A DNA stretch of 63,698 nt, filler included, from an uncultured Gemmatimonadota bacterium (GTDB lineage Bacteria > Blakebacterota > Blakebacteria > Blakebacterales > Blakebacteraceae), in NCBI GenBank assembly GCA_964576115.1. It is 3 parts of 3 records of this genome, joined end to end, with 100 filler letters (N's around TTAATTAATTAA, not from the genome) between each part and the next. Parts side by side here need not be neighbours in the genome. Positions count along the whole stretch, not along the records: positions 1 to 20,363 come from CAZNUA010000009.1; 2 more parts are not named here. The stretch is one strand, 5' to 3'. Under the pieces are notes generated by a model, which did not search any database, was not told the DNA's origin, and saw only the letters and a program-made list of their open reading frames with translations. Below are positions 1 to 10,172 of the stretch, piece by piece; position 1 is the first letter of the stretch; each line of letters opens with the position of its first letter. The position numbers and the translations under genes were made by a program.

Positions 1-10
1 CGGGGAAACG

Positions 11-59
11 GCACCCGCCGTCCGGCCCCAGCCACGGGGGTCGGGCGGCGGGTGTTTTT
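11..59 (+). terminator. Rho-independent terminator of an upstream gene outside the window
   Basis: GC stem cacccgccgtccggcccc / ggggtcgggcggcgggtg (with G-U pairs) followed directly by TTTTT. Confidence 0.7.
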
Positions 60-245
60 CTGCCTGGCGGGTGATTCTCCGCCTTTGGCGCGAAAAGAAG
101 GAATAGCGGTGTCTATTGCGGCGACGAGCAACACTGCAGGGTGGAAGACCTCGGCTCTCGAATGCGAGCGCAATTGCGGAATGGTGTACTTCGGGTATAG
201 TTGTGAACGGTCATCTTCCGGGAGGCGTCGTATGGGAGGCCGGAT

Positions 246-1694
246 GTGTCGAACAAACCGGACAGGAGTACCGTGGAGGACGAAAGGCACCAGAAATCAG
301 CCGGACGGAACGGTCGTTCGGGAGGCACCAGACTGGCCCTGGCCGTCGCAGCGGGGATAGTTCTCCTTCTGCCCGGCCGGCACCTGCGGGGCCAGGAGGT
401 CCAGTTCCCCGATCGTGTCGGACCGGAGTTCCACGCCAGCGTGGTGACCTTCCGGAGCGAAGAGGGGGTCGGACAAACCCTGGTCGAGGTGTACGTCTCG
501 ATCGCCCACGACCAGCTCGCCTTCACCCGGGCCGGGAATGTCTTCCGGGCCGAATACGACCTGGGGCTGGTTCTGGTCGGACCGCGGGGCGAAACGGTCT
601 TCGACGAAACCACCACCGAGGAGACCACCACCCCCGCCTTCGAGGAGACGATCTCGGAGGAGATCGTGCGGGTCAAACGGTTCACATTCATCGTGCGTCC
701 GGGCCTGTACGAACTGCAGCTCCGGTTCGCCGACCGGCATTCGGAAGATCCCCGTGAACTCGATCTGGATATCACCGTCCCGCGGTACTCCGACACCCGG
801 CTCGGCATGTCCGACATCCTGCTGGCCGATTACCTGGGCGAGTCCTCACCCGATCTGCCGCCCGGTGCGGTGGTGGATTATGCCGGCACCCGGCTCTTCT
901 CGCGCCGCGGCCACGCCTATATTCCCAACACCCGCGGCATCTACGCCAATTTCGCCCCGTCGGTCCTGGCCTATTACGAGGTGTACGGTTTCAATCCCCT
1001 GCGGCGCACCGAGCAGGACCGGATCTACCAGGTCGAGTTCTGGGTCAACAATGATGACAACGAAACCGAAATCTACTACCTGCGCCGCCACGACAAACCC
1101 GGGGATGCGGCTTACAACTCGGTCGAGATGAACATCCAGGACCTCACCCCCGGCACGTATGAGCTGCAGATCGATATCACCGACCTGGGCAGCAGCACGA
1201 CTGTCTCGAGCCGGCGGGAGTTCACCGTTCTCGAATCGTACCTGACGCTGGCCTACCGGGAGTACGACAAGGCCGTCAACCAGTTGCGGTATATCGCCTC
1301 GGAGCGCGAACTGCGTCTGCTTCGCAACGCTCCCCAGGATCAGCGGCTCTCCCTCTTCCGGCAGTTCTGGGCCAGCCGCGATCCCACGCCGGGCACCAAG
1401 CGCAACGAATCGATGATCGAGTACTACCGCCGGATCGCTTATGCCAACGAGACCTTCGGGGTTCCCCAGCTCGACGGCTGGGCTACCGACCAGGGGATGG
1501 TCTACATCACCCTCGGCCTGCCCGATTATATCGAACGGCAGCAGTTCGCGAGAGGGTCGAAGCCGGCTCAACTCTGGGTGTATAACACAGTAAGACTTAA
1601 CCTGCTCTTCGTGGATGAGTCCGGCTTCGGGGATTTCATCCTGCAGAACCGAGACGAGTACATGCAACGCGTGCAGTGGAGACCCCCGCGCTGA
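246..1694 (+). CDS. GWxTD domain-containing exported protein
   Basis: Signal-like hydrophobic N-region; C-terminal FWASRDPTPGT..NE..EYYRRIAYANETF..GWATDQGMVYITLGLPD signature. Confidence 0.85.
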   Translation: MSNKPDRSTVEDERHQKSAGRNGRSGGTRLALAVAAGIVLLLPGRHLRGQEVQFPDRVGPEFHASVVTFRSEEGVGQTLVEVYVSIAHDQLAFTRAGNVFRAEYDLGLVLVGPRGETVFDETTTEETTTPAFEETISEEIVRVKRFTFIVRPGLYELQLRFADRHSEDPRELDLDITVPRYSDTRLGMSDILLADYLGESSPDLPPGAVVDYAGTRLFSRRGHAYIPNTRGIYANFAPSVLAYYEVYGFNPLRRTEQDRIYQVEFWVNNDDNETEIYYLRRHDKPGDAAYNSVEMNIQDLTPGTYELQIDITDLGSSTTVSSRREFTVLESYLTLAYREYDKAVNQLRYIASERELRLLRNAPQDQRLSLFRQFWASRDPTPGTKRNESMIEYYRRIAYANETFGVPQLDGWATDQGMVYITLGLPDYIERQQFARGSKPAQLWVYNTVRLNLLFVDESGFGDFILQNRDEYMQRVQWRPPR

Positions 1695-1722
1695 ATCCGG
1701 GGTCAAGGAGGAAAGGGATACG

Positions 1723-3218
1723 ATGCACCTCGGTGACACAGTCCGTTCATTGACCCGGGCGGTCGAACGCCCCGGCCCGGCAACCATGCTGACGCTCCTT
1801 CTCCTTCTTTTCGGTCCGACGAACAGCGTGTGCGGGCAGAGCTATCTGCAGGGACAGCAGCTCATCAACCAGAGCTTTTCGGGCGATGTCATGTTCTATG
1901 TCGATGTCGTCGGCTACAAGCACCTGGAGGATCCGCAGCAGACCTTCGTCGAAATCTACTACGCTATCGAACGCAACCAGATGCACTTCATCCCCCTACC
2001 GAACGATCCGCAGGTTCGCAGCTCGCTCTGGGAGATCGAAACGGTGGTCGAGACAGAGATCGGCGACCGGGTGACCTGGCGGCGCTGGCGACGGGTCAGC
2101 CAGGAGGCCTCCGAGGAAGCGACCGAACAGAGCCGGACTGTCTTCGACATCTATCCCCTCCTGCTCGATCCGGGCACCTACCGCTTCATCACGACCGTGA
2201 CCGACATGAACTCGACCCTGGAGGGAGATACGAAAATCGGAGTCGATCGGCGCACGGTCGTCATCCCCGCCTTCGCTCCCGATGAGCTGAGCCTGAGCGA
2301 TATCGAATTCGCTGTGCGTCTGGGACAGGCCTCCTCACCGAACGAATTCGTCAAGAACGGTCTGCAGGTGGTCCCGAATCCGTTGAGCACGTTCGGACTG
2401 AACGTCCCCGCCCTCTCGCTCTACGTCGAGATCTACGGGCTCAGCGAACCCGCTGCGGCCGGTGCGGAGCCGCACACCTACACCAGAACCATCTCGGTCG
2501 AGGGGCTGAATGTGGACTACCGTCAGGTCTTCGAGGACCGGGTGCGCAAGCCGATCCGGTCCGCGAACGAGATCGTGGCCGTCTCGAACATGTACGTGCA
2601 CATGATTCCCAGCGGCACCTATCAGCTGATTCTCGAGGTCGTGGACGAAGAGACCGGTGAGCGGGTGGTCAGGGCCCGGCCCTTCCAGGTGCTCAGTGAC
2701 GTGGTTGCGGTCGAGGCCGACGAGTTGGAATCGATCGAGATGACCGAGGAGGCGATCGTCCAGCTGCGGAACGAGATCGTCTACCTGGCCACCGAGGAGG
2801 AACTGGCCGAGTTCGATGCCCGCGACCCCGAAGCCAAGCGGGCCTTCCTGATCCAGTTCTGGGGCTCGCGCGATCTCGATCCCGCGACCCCGGTGAACGA
2901 GTTCCGCGAAGAGTTCATTTCGCGTTTCAACTACGCCAACGACAATTTCGCCACGCCGACCCAGCCGGAGGGCTGGAAAACCGACCAGGGGCGGATCTGG
3001 ATCACCTACGGCAACCCCGACGACACCGTCAATCACCTCATGGAGGGCGCGACCGGCAAACCGTGGGTCGAGTGGGTGTACAACCAGATCGGTGAGCAGG
3101 GGAACGCCTACTTTATCTTCGTGGACACCAGCGGGGGTTTCGGCGCCTATGCCCTGGTCCACTCCAATGTGCGCGGCGAGATCGCCAACCCCCAGTGGAA
3201 GGAAGAGTACGGGATTCC
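1723..3218 (+). CDS. GWxTD domain-containing exported protein (3' end runs into gap)
   Basis: ATG 1723 after AAGGAGG; FWGSRDLDPATPVNEF..RFNYAN..GWKTDQGRIWITYGNPD; no stop before the N-gap. Confidence 0.85.
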
Positions 3219-3318
3219 NNNNNNNNNNNNNNNNNNNNNNNNNNNNNNNNNNNNNNNNNNNNNNNNNNNNNNNNNNNNNNNNNNNNNNNNNNNNNNNNNN
3301 NNNNNNNNNNNNNNNNNN
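3219..3318. other. Assembly gap (100 N)
   Basis: Run of N. Confidence 0.99.
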
Positions 3319-3383
3319 GGTGACCGGGCTTTTTTCACCCGTGGATATGCAGCGCGAATCCTGTCGGCTCTGTCTTATCGGCT

Positions 3384-5798
3384 CTACCGGCCTTCGTCGC
3401 CTCCCGGAGCGGGCGTGACCATGAATTGCTGGGTGCGGCTGTACTCGGTGTCGGTAATCAGATCCCTCACGGTCAGCGAGAGCAGATACAGACCCGGTTT
3501 GGGGGCATCGAACTCGAGTTGAAGCCACTTGTTTTCCTGGGCGCTGATGCCGTACTCGACATCGAGTTCGATCGCGACCGCTTGACTGCGCCCGATCCCG
3601 ACCAGCCGTCCCAGCCCCCGCCAGGCCGAAGCCAGGATATTCTGCCGGCGGCTCTCATCGGCCGGTTCGACGCTGTAGGTGACCTGGAAGGCGGTCGTGC
3701 CGAATTCGTCCTTAGCCAGGTTGTAGAGTTCGTAGTAGATGTAGATCTCCTGCTCCAGAGTATAGGTCCGGGTGGGCAGGGGGATGATCTCGACCCCCTC
3801 GCGCCAGAACCGCCCTCCCCGCCGCTGGCTGATCCGGCCGGCCATCTCGATGTCGCTGATGGCCAGACTGCGGCCGGCGAAGTCCTCGACCACCAGACTG
3901 TCGCGCACCACCCCGATGCGCCCCGAATTCATATCGGTCACGCTGATGGCGAAGTTGTAGGAGCCGGGCAGGGTGCGGAGCATGTTCATGTCGACCATGA
4001 CCGTGCCCTCCATCTGCTCGACACTGCCGGTCGACTGGAACTCGCGGATCTCGTTGGTCCTCACGATCTCGTTCCAGTTCTCGTCGAACATCCCGATCCC
4101 CAGGTCGACCCGGGCGCGCTGTCCCTCGCCGTAACGCTCGAGTTCGAGTTCGAGTGTGGGCACGCCGTAGTAGACCTCGATCCGGGTGTGCCCCTGCATG
4201 TCCTTGAAGGCGGCGGTGTAGAACTGGAAGGCCAGCGGATCGACGGGATCGATATTGGCATAGCTCGAGGTGCTCTCGATCACCGAGACGTCGCGCATGA
4301 CCTCCATCTGCTCGTCCTCGAGCATCTGCTCGAGCTGGTTGTAATCCACACTGGCCACCTCGACCCCGCCTCCCGCTCCCTGGGCGTTGCGGATCAGCTC
4401 CTCCATCTTGTTGGCGATCCGGTCGTACATCGGATCGATGATGGCGCGCTCGCGGTAGATGTTGATCGGGATCTGGTCCATGGTGAGTTCGGACGTTTCA
4501 GGCTGAGAACCGCCCTCGGGCACCTCGGGCATGATGGTCAGTGGCGTGCGCTCGGAGGCCTCCATCAGGCTCATGACCTGCTCGAAATAGCCCTGGCCGC
4601 GGTCGACGAAGTGGATGATCAGCCGCTCGTCGCGCCCCGACCAGTAGACCCAGCTGATGTTGGGTCGGGTCTCGGCATCACCGGCGGGGAATTCGACCGT
4701 GTCATCGGGCGGTCCGTGTTTGACCCATACCCGGCCCCGGTCGTCGTACCCGCCGGGGTGCACCGGGCTGCGGAAGTACTGCCGGGCGTAGCGCAGGCGG
4801 GCGTAGTGCTCGACCATCCGGGAGTTGTTCTCGGGATTGGTGGGATCGAAGTCGCGCTTGCGCCAGAAGCGGCGGAAAAAGTCGGTCATTTCTTCGAGCG
4901 GGGTTTCCCGGTACTCGCGCCGCTCGGCGTCGGTGGCGATATCGACCACGTCGCGCCAGAGCCGCTCGGCGGTCTCTTCGTCGGTGAATTCACGGTACGA
5001 CATGAGGTAGAGCTGGTTGGCCCGGGTGTAATCCTCGACCGCCAGATAGACGTCGGCCAAAAGGAGCATGGCCGGCACGAAATCGGGGAACTGGTTGACC
5101 ATCGGCAGGAGCATGTTTTCGGCGTCGCTGTAGCGTTCGGAGAGAAAGTACACCCGGCCGAGTTCGAGGCGGTTCTCGCGGTGGTTGGGAGTTAACCGGT
5201 ACTGGGCCCGGAACTCCTCCTCGGCTTCTGTAAGATCCTCGGCTTCGATGGCCAGCAGGCCGAGGCGGTAGTGGACGTCGCTGAAATCGGGTTCGATGGC
5301 CAGGATGGCCTCAAAGGCCTCGCGCGCGCCGCGCATGTCATCCATTTCGGTGCGGGTCGTCCCCAGGTTGTAATGGGCCTGCAGGTAATCCGGCTCCAGT
5401 TCGAGGGCGCGTTCGAAACTGCGCAGAGCCTCCCGGTGCCTCTGGGAATCCTTGGCCAGGACCATGCCCCGCCCGTTGTGTGCTGCGGCCAGGCGCGAAT
5501 CGAGATCCAGCGCCCGCTCGAACGAGGCCAGGGCCAGGGTATCGTTCTCGCGCTGCAGGTAGATGTAGCCCAGACTGGAATGGGCCAGGGCGTAGCCGGG
5601 ATTGAGTTCGAGAACCTTGCGGAAGGTATTGATGGCGTTCTCGATATCGCCTTCTTCGAGCTGGGTCAACCCGAAGCGGTAGATGGAATCGACATCCTGG
5701 GCCCGGGCCGGTTGGAGCGGCAGGACCAGGACAGGCAGGACGAGAACGACGCCCAGAGCAAGGCGTCGAGCAGAGGAACGCAGGGTGGCGTGCAGCAT
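3384..5798 (-). CDS. TPR-repeat + GWxTD-like domain protein
   Basis: ATG 5798 with GGAAGGAG RBS; signal peptide; multiple TPRs (AHSSLGYIY, AHNGRGMVL, AHYNLGTT); FWRKRDFDPT..EHYARLRYA..GGYDDRGRVWVKHGPPD variant motif. Confidence 0.85.
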   Translation of the reverse strand: MLHATLRSSARRLALGVVLVLPVLVLPLQPARAQDVDSIYRFGLTQLEEGDIENAINTFRKVLELNPGYALAHSSLGYIYLQRENDTLALASFERALDLDSRLAAAHNGRGMVLAKDSQRHREALRSFERALELEPDYLQAHYNLGTTRTEMDDMRGAREAFEAILAIEPDFSDVHYRLGLLAIEAEDLTEAEEEFRAQYRLTPNHRENRLELGRVYFLSERYSDAENMLLPMVNQFPDFVPAMLLLADVYLAVEDYTRANQLYLMSYREFTDEETAERLWRDVVDIATDAERREYRETPLEEMTDFFRRFWRKRDFDPTNPENNSRMVEHYARLRYARQYFRSPVHPGGYDDRGRVWVKHGPPDDTVEFPAGDAETRPNISWVYWSGRDERLIIHFVDRGQGYFEQVMSLMEASERTPLTIMPEVPEGGSQPETSELTMDQIPINIYRERAIIDPMYDRIANKMEELIRNAQGAGGGVEVASVDYNQLEQMLEDEQMEVMRDVSVIESTSSYANIDPVDPLAFQFYTAAFKDMQGHTRIEVYYGVPTLELELERYGEGQRARVDLGIGMFDENWNEIVRTNEIREFQSTGSVEQMEGTVMVDMNMLRTLPGSYNFAISVTDMNSGRIGVVRDSLVVEDFAGRSLAISDIEMAGRISQRRGGRFWREGVEIIPLPTRTYTLEQEIYIYYELYNLAKDEFGTTAFQVTYSVEPADESRRQNILASAWRGLGRLVGIGRSQAVAIELDVEYGISAQENKWLQLEFDAPKPGLYLLSLTVRDLITDTEYSRTQQFMVTPAPGGDEGR

Positions 5799-6128
5799 GA
5801 AAATCGGTCTCCTTCCGGCCTGAGGCCGCCGGTGATGCACAGCCTCGCCGCGGAGCGTAAAATGCCAGAGGGCTGTATGCCCCACGTTTTCGACGAAAAG
5901 TGCGTCGGGGGCGTTTACTGTTCCCGATGACGGTTCCTGTGGGTCGGATCGTCCATTCGATAGTATAGTATACGGGTGCCCCGGGGGTGAGTCCATGAAT
6001 GCTGTCGGGACACAGCGATCTGCGGGACCGCTGCCGGCCGTTCGGCTCGCTGCTTGACACGGGCGGGGGCATTCCGTTTGTATACAACATCTGCTTCACG
6101 GGACGTACGTAAAGGAGCGAGATCACTC

Positions 6129-6806
6129 ATGCGCACAATCACTCCCCGGCATGCGACCGGAGTCTGCGCTGCTCTGCTGGCCGTGGCCGTACTCACCCTC
6201 GCCGGCTGCGGCGGAGGTCTTTCCACCACACTGACCGAGCCGGAAGAGGGCAAGGTTCTCGTCATCGGTTCGATCATCATTGAGAACGTCGTCGGTATCG
6301 GGCCCCACCGCGAATCATACACCTCGGGTACCGAGGTCCTGATCATGGCCGATATCGAGGAAGAGGGCAGCATCACGCGCAGGGGCTACAACGTGTGGGC
6401 CGATGAAGACGGCTACTTCTGCGTCGAGAACCTGCCCTACGGCCGCTATACCCTCAAGGGTGTTCGCAACAGCGGTAACCGGGGCGGCTCGTGGACGATC
6501 TGGAACGAGCTGCGGATGCCCAACGAACGCTGGGTTTACACCGGCAACCCGAACCATCCGCTCTCCTTCACCGGCGAGTACTTCCACTTCACCGAGAGGA
6601 TGAACGTCTTCAACTTCCAGCACTCCATTTTCAGTATCATGGGCGGTGGGGTGGTCTACTGGACCCCGCGGCCGAAGCTGGAGAACGAGTCGTTCCATAT
6701 CGAGGAGAGCTACACCCGGCCCTATGTCGAGCAGTACTTCATCGACCTGTATCCCGATTCGGGGTGGGTGCCGATCCTGCAAGCCATCATGCCCGTCGAC
6801 CGCTGA
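6129..6806 (+). CDS. Hypothetical lipoprotein
   Basis: AAAGGAG RBS; lipobox LAGC; ADEDGYFCVENLPYGRYTL beta-sandwich-like motif. Confidence 0.7.
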   Translation: MRTITPRHATGVCAALLAVAVLTLAGCGGGLSTTLTEPEEGKVLVIGSIIIENVVGIGPHRESYTSGTEVLIMADIEEEGSITRRGYNVWADEDGYFCVENLPYGRYTLKGVRNSGNRGGSWTIWNELRMPNERWVYTGNPNHPLSFTGEYFHFTERMNVFNFQHSIFSIMGGGVVYWTPRPKLENESFHIEESYTRPYVEQYFIDLYPDSGWVPILQAIMPVDR

Positions 6807-6871
6807 AGCGGGCAGGAGAGACGGCATACAGAAGCAGGTGGGCTGATCCTGAGGGTGAAGGAGAGCCGAGT

Positions 6872-7195
6872 ATGGCTGAACCTGTTCATGTGACCGACAC
6901 CTCTTTCGAGGCGGAGGTCCTCAAGAGCGAGGTGCCCGTGGTGGTGGATTTCTGGGCCGAGTGGTGCCTGCCCTGCAAGCAGATCGCACCGATCGTCGCG
7001 GATATCGCCGTCGAATACGAGGGGCGGGCCAAAGCGGCCAAGATGAACGTCGACACCGATCAGAACGTGGCCGCCTCGTTCGGTATCCGCAGCATCCCCA
7101 TGCTGCTGTACTTCAAGAACGGCGAGCTCGTCGACCAGCTCATCGGCACTGCTCCCAAGAGGGTCGTTACCGAAAAGCTCGACGCTCTGCTGTAA
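6872..7195 (+). CDS. trxA: Thioredoxin
   Basis: VVVDFWAEWCLPCKQIAP..FGIRSIPMLLYFKNG; AAGGAG RBS; 107 aa. Confidence 0.93.
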   Translation: MAEPVHVTDTSFEAEVLKSEVPVVVDFWAEWCLPCKQIAPIVADIAVEYEGRAKAAKMNVDTDQNVAASFGIRSIPMLLYFKNGELVDQLIGTAPKRVVTEKLDALL

Positions 7196-7212
7196 TCGAG
7201 GAGGATCCGGGG

Positions 7213-8028
7213 ATGCCCCCGCGAGCCCTCGCCCCCGATCGTGAGATGCCCGCGCGCGCCATGCGGCCGCGTCGGGACGGGTGCGGGGGCATCGTACGTC
7301 TGGGGGCCGGAGCCGTCCTGATCGTTCTGGCGGCCTGTGCCTCGGGCGAGGGCGCCGAACAGGCCGCCCAGCAGGATCGTGACGTGCTCAACGACGCCCG
7401 CCTGCGCATGGTCGAGCGGCAGCTGCAGCCGCGCGGCATCAGCGATCCCGAGGTGCTGCGGGCCATGAGCACCGTACCCCGGCACGAGTTTCTCCCCGCC
7501 GGCCAGCGCGCCCTGGCTTACACCGACCAGCCCCTGCCTATCGCCCACGGGCAGACCATCTCCCAGCCCTATATCGTCGCCTTCATGACCCAGGTCCTCG
7601 AACTGGAGCGGGGGGACAAGGTGCTCGAGATCGGTACCGGCTCGGGGTACCAGGCCGCCGTTCTGGCCACTCTGGTCGACAGCGTCTACTCGATCGAGAT
7701 CCTCGAACCGCTCGCGGTCCAGGCCCGCGAGACCCTCGACCGTCTGGGGTACGGCCGGGTGCGCATCCGGATCGGCGACGGCTACCGCGGCTGGCCCGAG
7801 CACGCCCCCTTCGACGCCATCATCGTCACCGCCGCTCCCGACCACGTGCCGCAACCCCTGGTGGACCAGCTCGCCGTCGGCGGCCGCATGGTCATTCCGG
7901 TCGGCACCTACTACCAGGAACTGATGCTTTTTACCAAGGATCCCGACGGCACCATCACCCGCGAAGGGGGTATCTCGGTCCGTTTCGTACCGATGACCGG
8001 CGAAGCCGAGAACCCTCCCCCGCCGTGA
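7213..8028 (+). CDS. pcm: Protein-L-isoaspartate O-methyltransferase with N-terminal lipoprotein-like signal
   Basis: GQTISQPYIVA, VLEIGTGSGYQAAVL, GDGYRGWPEHAPFDAIIVTAA; start uncertain. Confidence 0.92.
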   Translation: MPPRALAPDREMPARAMRPRRDGCGGIVRLGAGAVLIVLAACASGEGAEQAAQQDRDVLNDARLRMVERQLQPRGISDPEVLRAMSTVPRHEFLPAGQRALAYTDQPLPIAHGQTISQPYIVAFMTQVLELERGDKVLEIGTGSGYQAAVLATLVDSVYSIEILEPLAVQARETLDRLGYGRVRIRIGDGYRGWPEHAPFDAIIVTAAPDHVPQPLVDQLAVGGRMVIPVGTYYQELMLFTKDPDGTITREGGISVRFVPMTGEAENPPPP

Positions 8029-8122
8029 CAGACCGCCCTGATCAGACCGGTAGTGACGAACTGTCGCTGACGGACCGCCCGTGACGGAGCGACCGTAACG
8101 GAGCGCCCGCAACGGATCCTCG
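8025..8122. repeat. Degenerate 14-bp tandem repeat (about 7 units, consensus GTGACGGASCGCCC)
   Basis: Units gtgacagaccgccc, tgatcagaccggta, gtgacgaactgtcg, ctgacggaccgccc, gtgacggagcgacc, gtaacggagcgccc, gcaacggatcctcg. Confidence 0.6.
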
Positions 8123-8152
8123 CCCTCCTTTCACTGCCAGGCTGGAGGCCAC

Positions 8153-8671
8153 GTGATGAATCCCCGAGTTGTTCCCCTTCTTGTCGCCGTCGTCCTGTTT
8201 TGCGCGGCGGGGTTTTTCATGCTCGTCCGCTCCTCCCGTCCCGACCCGGCTCCCGCCGGCATCCCGGAGGCCCTGTGCGTCAAGCAGGCCGTAATACCGC
8301 CAGGTTCGAGCCCGCCGGTCGGCCCCTACACCCCGGCCGTACAAGTGGGGAACATGCTCTTTCTCTCGGGTCAGATCGGGCTCGATCCCGCCAGCGGGGA
8401 GATGGTCGAGGGGGGAACCATCGGTCAGGCCCGCCAGGCGATGGAGAACCTGCGCACCCTGCTCACCGCCGCCGGCCTGGATTTCAGCGACGTGGTGCGG
8501 GCCACAGTCTACCTGGCCGATCTGGATGAGTACGCCGCCTTCAACGCCGAGTACGCCCGCTACTTCTCGACCCTGCCCCCGGCCAGGGTCTGCATCGAGG
8601 TCGCTCGTCTGCCACTGGACGCCCGGGTCGAGATTTCGATGATCGCCGTCGCATCGGATGCGGCCGGGTGA
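8153..8671 (+). CDS. RidA/YjgF family imine deaminase with N-terminal hydrophobic anchor
   Basis: PVGPYTPAV..LFLSGQIGLDP..FNAEYARYF..PPARVCIEVARLP..VEI. Confidence 0.88.
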   Translation: MMNPRVVPLLVAVVLFCAAGFFMLVRSSRPDPAPAGIPEALCVKQAVIPPGSSPPVGPYTPAVQVGNMLFLSGQIGLDPASGEMVEGGTIGQARQAMENLRTLLTAAGLDFSDVVRATVYLADLDEYAAFNAEYARYFSTLPPARVCIEVARLPLDARVEISMIAVASDAAG

Positions 8672-9885
8672 GAAGCGGTCGGCTGAAAATAGGCCCCGGC
8701 GCCCTGGTCGCCGCCGCGTTTATCGGACCCGGTACGGTCACGACCTGCTCGCTGGCCGGCGCCCGGGCGGGTCCCACCCTGCTCTGGGCCCTGACCTTCT
8801 CGATCATCGCCACCCTGGTTCTGCAGGAGATGAGCCTGCGACTGGGCGTGGTGGGGCGACTGGGCTTGGCCGAGGCCATCAGGGCCGAATTCGCCTCACC
8901 GGTGTCACGCTGGGTGGTGGGCGGGCTGGTGCTGACGGCGGTGACCTTCGGCTGCGCCGCGTACGAAACCGGCAACCTGCTCGGAGCGGCGCTCGGTCTG
9001 GAGAGCCTGGTGCCCCTCTCGCCCCGCCTGCTGGTGCTGCTGATCGGGCTCGGTTCGGCCGCGCTGCTTCTGACCGGCAGCTATCGGGTTCTCGAAGCGT
9101 TGCTGATCGGGACCGTCCTGCTGATGAGCCTGGCTTTCGTATCCACCCTGCTGATCACCGGCTTTGCGGTCCTCCCGGCCCTGACAGGAGCCCTGCGGCC
9201 CTCGCTGGCCGGGGGGGGCGACATCTATCTGGTGATCGCGCTGGTGGGCACCACGGTGGTGCCCTACAACCTCTTTCTGCACGCGGCGGCGGTGCGCGAG
9301 CGCTTCGGGCGCGGCGAGCTCGGCTTCGCCCGCACAGATGCCGCCGTGAGCATCGTGCTGGGGGGCCTGATCTCGGGCGCGATCGTTCTGACCGCAGCCG
9401 GAGCCTTCTGGACCGGTCCCGGCTCCGGAGCCCAGATCGCCAGTGCGGGCGACATGGCGGTGCAGCTCGAGCCCCTGCTCGGCCGAACCGCCACCATCTT
9501 CTTCTCGATCGGCCTGCTCGCGGCCGGTCTCAGCTCGGGTCTGACCGCCCCGATGGCGGCAGCCTGGGCCACAGCCGGAATCGCCGGCTGGGAGCCGACC
9601 CTGCGTGCCCGGCGCCCGAAGGCGGTGGCGCTGGCGGTGGTGGCGACCGGCATCATCTTCGGTACGGCCGGGGTACGTCCGGTACCCGCGATCATGATCG
9701 CCCAGGCGGCCAACGGTCTGCTGCTGCCTATCGTGGCCCTCTTTCTGCTCCGGGCCGCCAACAACCGTTCGGTGCTGGGCGAGCGGGTCAACTCGCGCAC
9801 CGCCAACGCTCTGGGAGCGGTGGTGGTGGCGGTGGCGGCCGGATTGGGGCTCTGGGCCCTGGCCCGGCTGGCGGGACTGGCATGA
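8668..9885 (+). CDS. Nramp-family divalent metal transporter-like protein
   Basis: GPGALVAAAFIGPGTVTT, LQEMSLRLG, IALVGTTVVPYNLFLH; many TM segments. Confidence 0.85.
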   Translation: MRSGRLKIGPGALVAAAFIGPGTVTTCSLAGARAGPTLLWALTFSIIATLVLQEMSLRLGVVGRLGLAEAIRAEFASPVSRWVVGGLVLTAVTFGCAAYETGNLLGAALGLESLVPLSPRLLVLLIGLGSAALLLTGSYRVLEALLIGTVLLMSLAFVSTLLITGFAVLPALTGALRPSLAGGGDIYLVIALVGTTVVPYNLFLHAAAVRERFGRGELGFARTDAAVSIVLGGLISGAIVLTAAGAFWTGPGSGAQIASAGDMAVQLEPLLGRTATIFFSIGLLAAGLSSGLTAPMAAAWATAGIAGWEPTLRARRPKAVALAVVATGIIFGTAGVRPVPAIMIAQAANGLLLPIVALFLLRAANNRSVLGERVNSRTANALGAVVVAVAAGLGLWALARLAGLA

Positions 9886-10063
9886 GAACCCGGGTCGGGC
9901 TAGATTAGTTCCCGTCCGGAAACGGCTCTTTTCCGCGATCTCGGCGTCAGTCGGCCGGGTTTCTTGTGCGGCGTACAGTCAGTACGCCTCCGCGCAACCC
10001 GTTGACTTCCTTGACCTCGCGGAAAATTCCTCGTTTCCGCCTCGGGAACCACAATCGTGTCCT

Positions 10064-10113
10064 TCCGGAGTTTCCGGATGGACACTAGATTATGCCCATC
10101 CGGAAACTCCGGA
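10064..10113. repeat. Perfect 18-bp inverted repeat (hairpin) upstream of the phosphatase gene
   Basis: tccggagtttccggatgg (10064-10081) and ccatccggaaactccgga (10096-10113) are exact reverse complements. Confidence 0.85.
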
Positions 10114-10172
10114 CGGGTACCGGTACGGTTCCCGCATCCGTATCCCGATCCCCTGGTGCGAGTGACGCAGTG

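Noticed and set aside
6872-7195. WCLPC thioredoxin motif as a novelty
   Set aside because: Variation within CxxC is common and the rest is a canonical Trx
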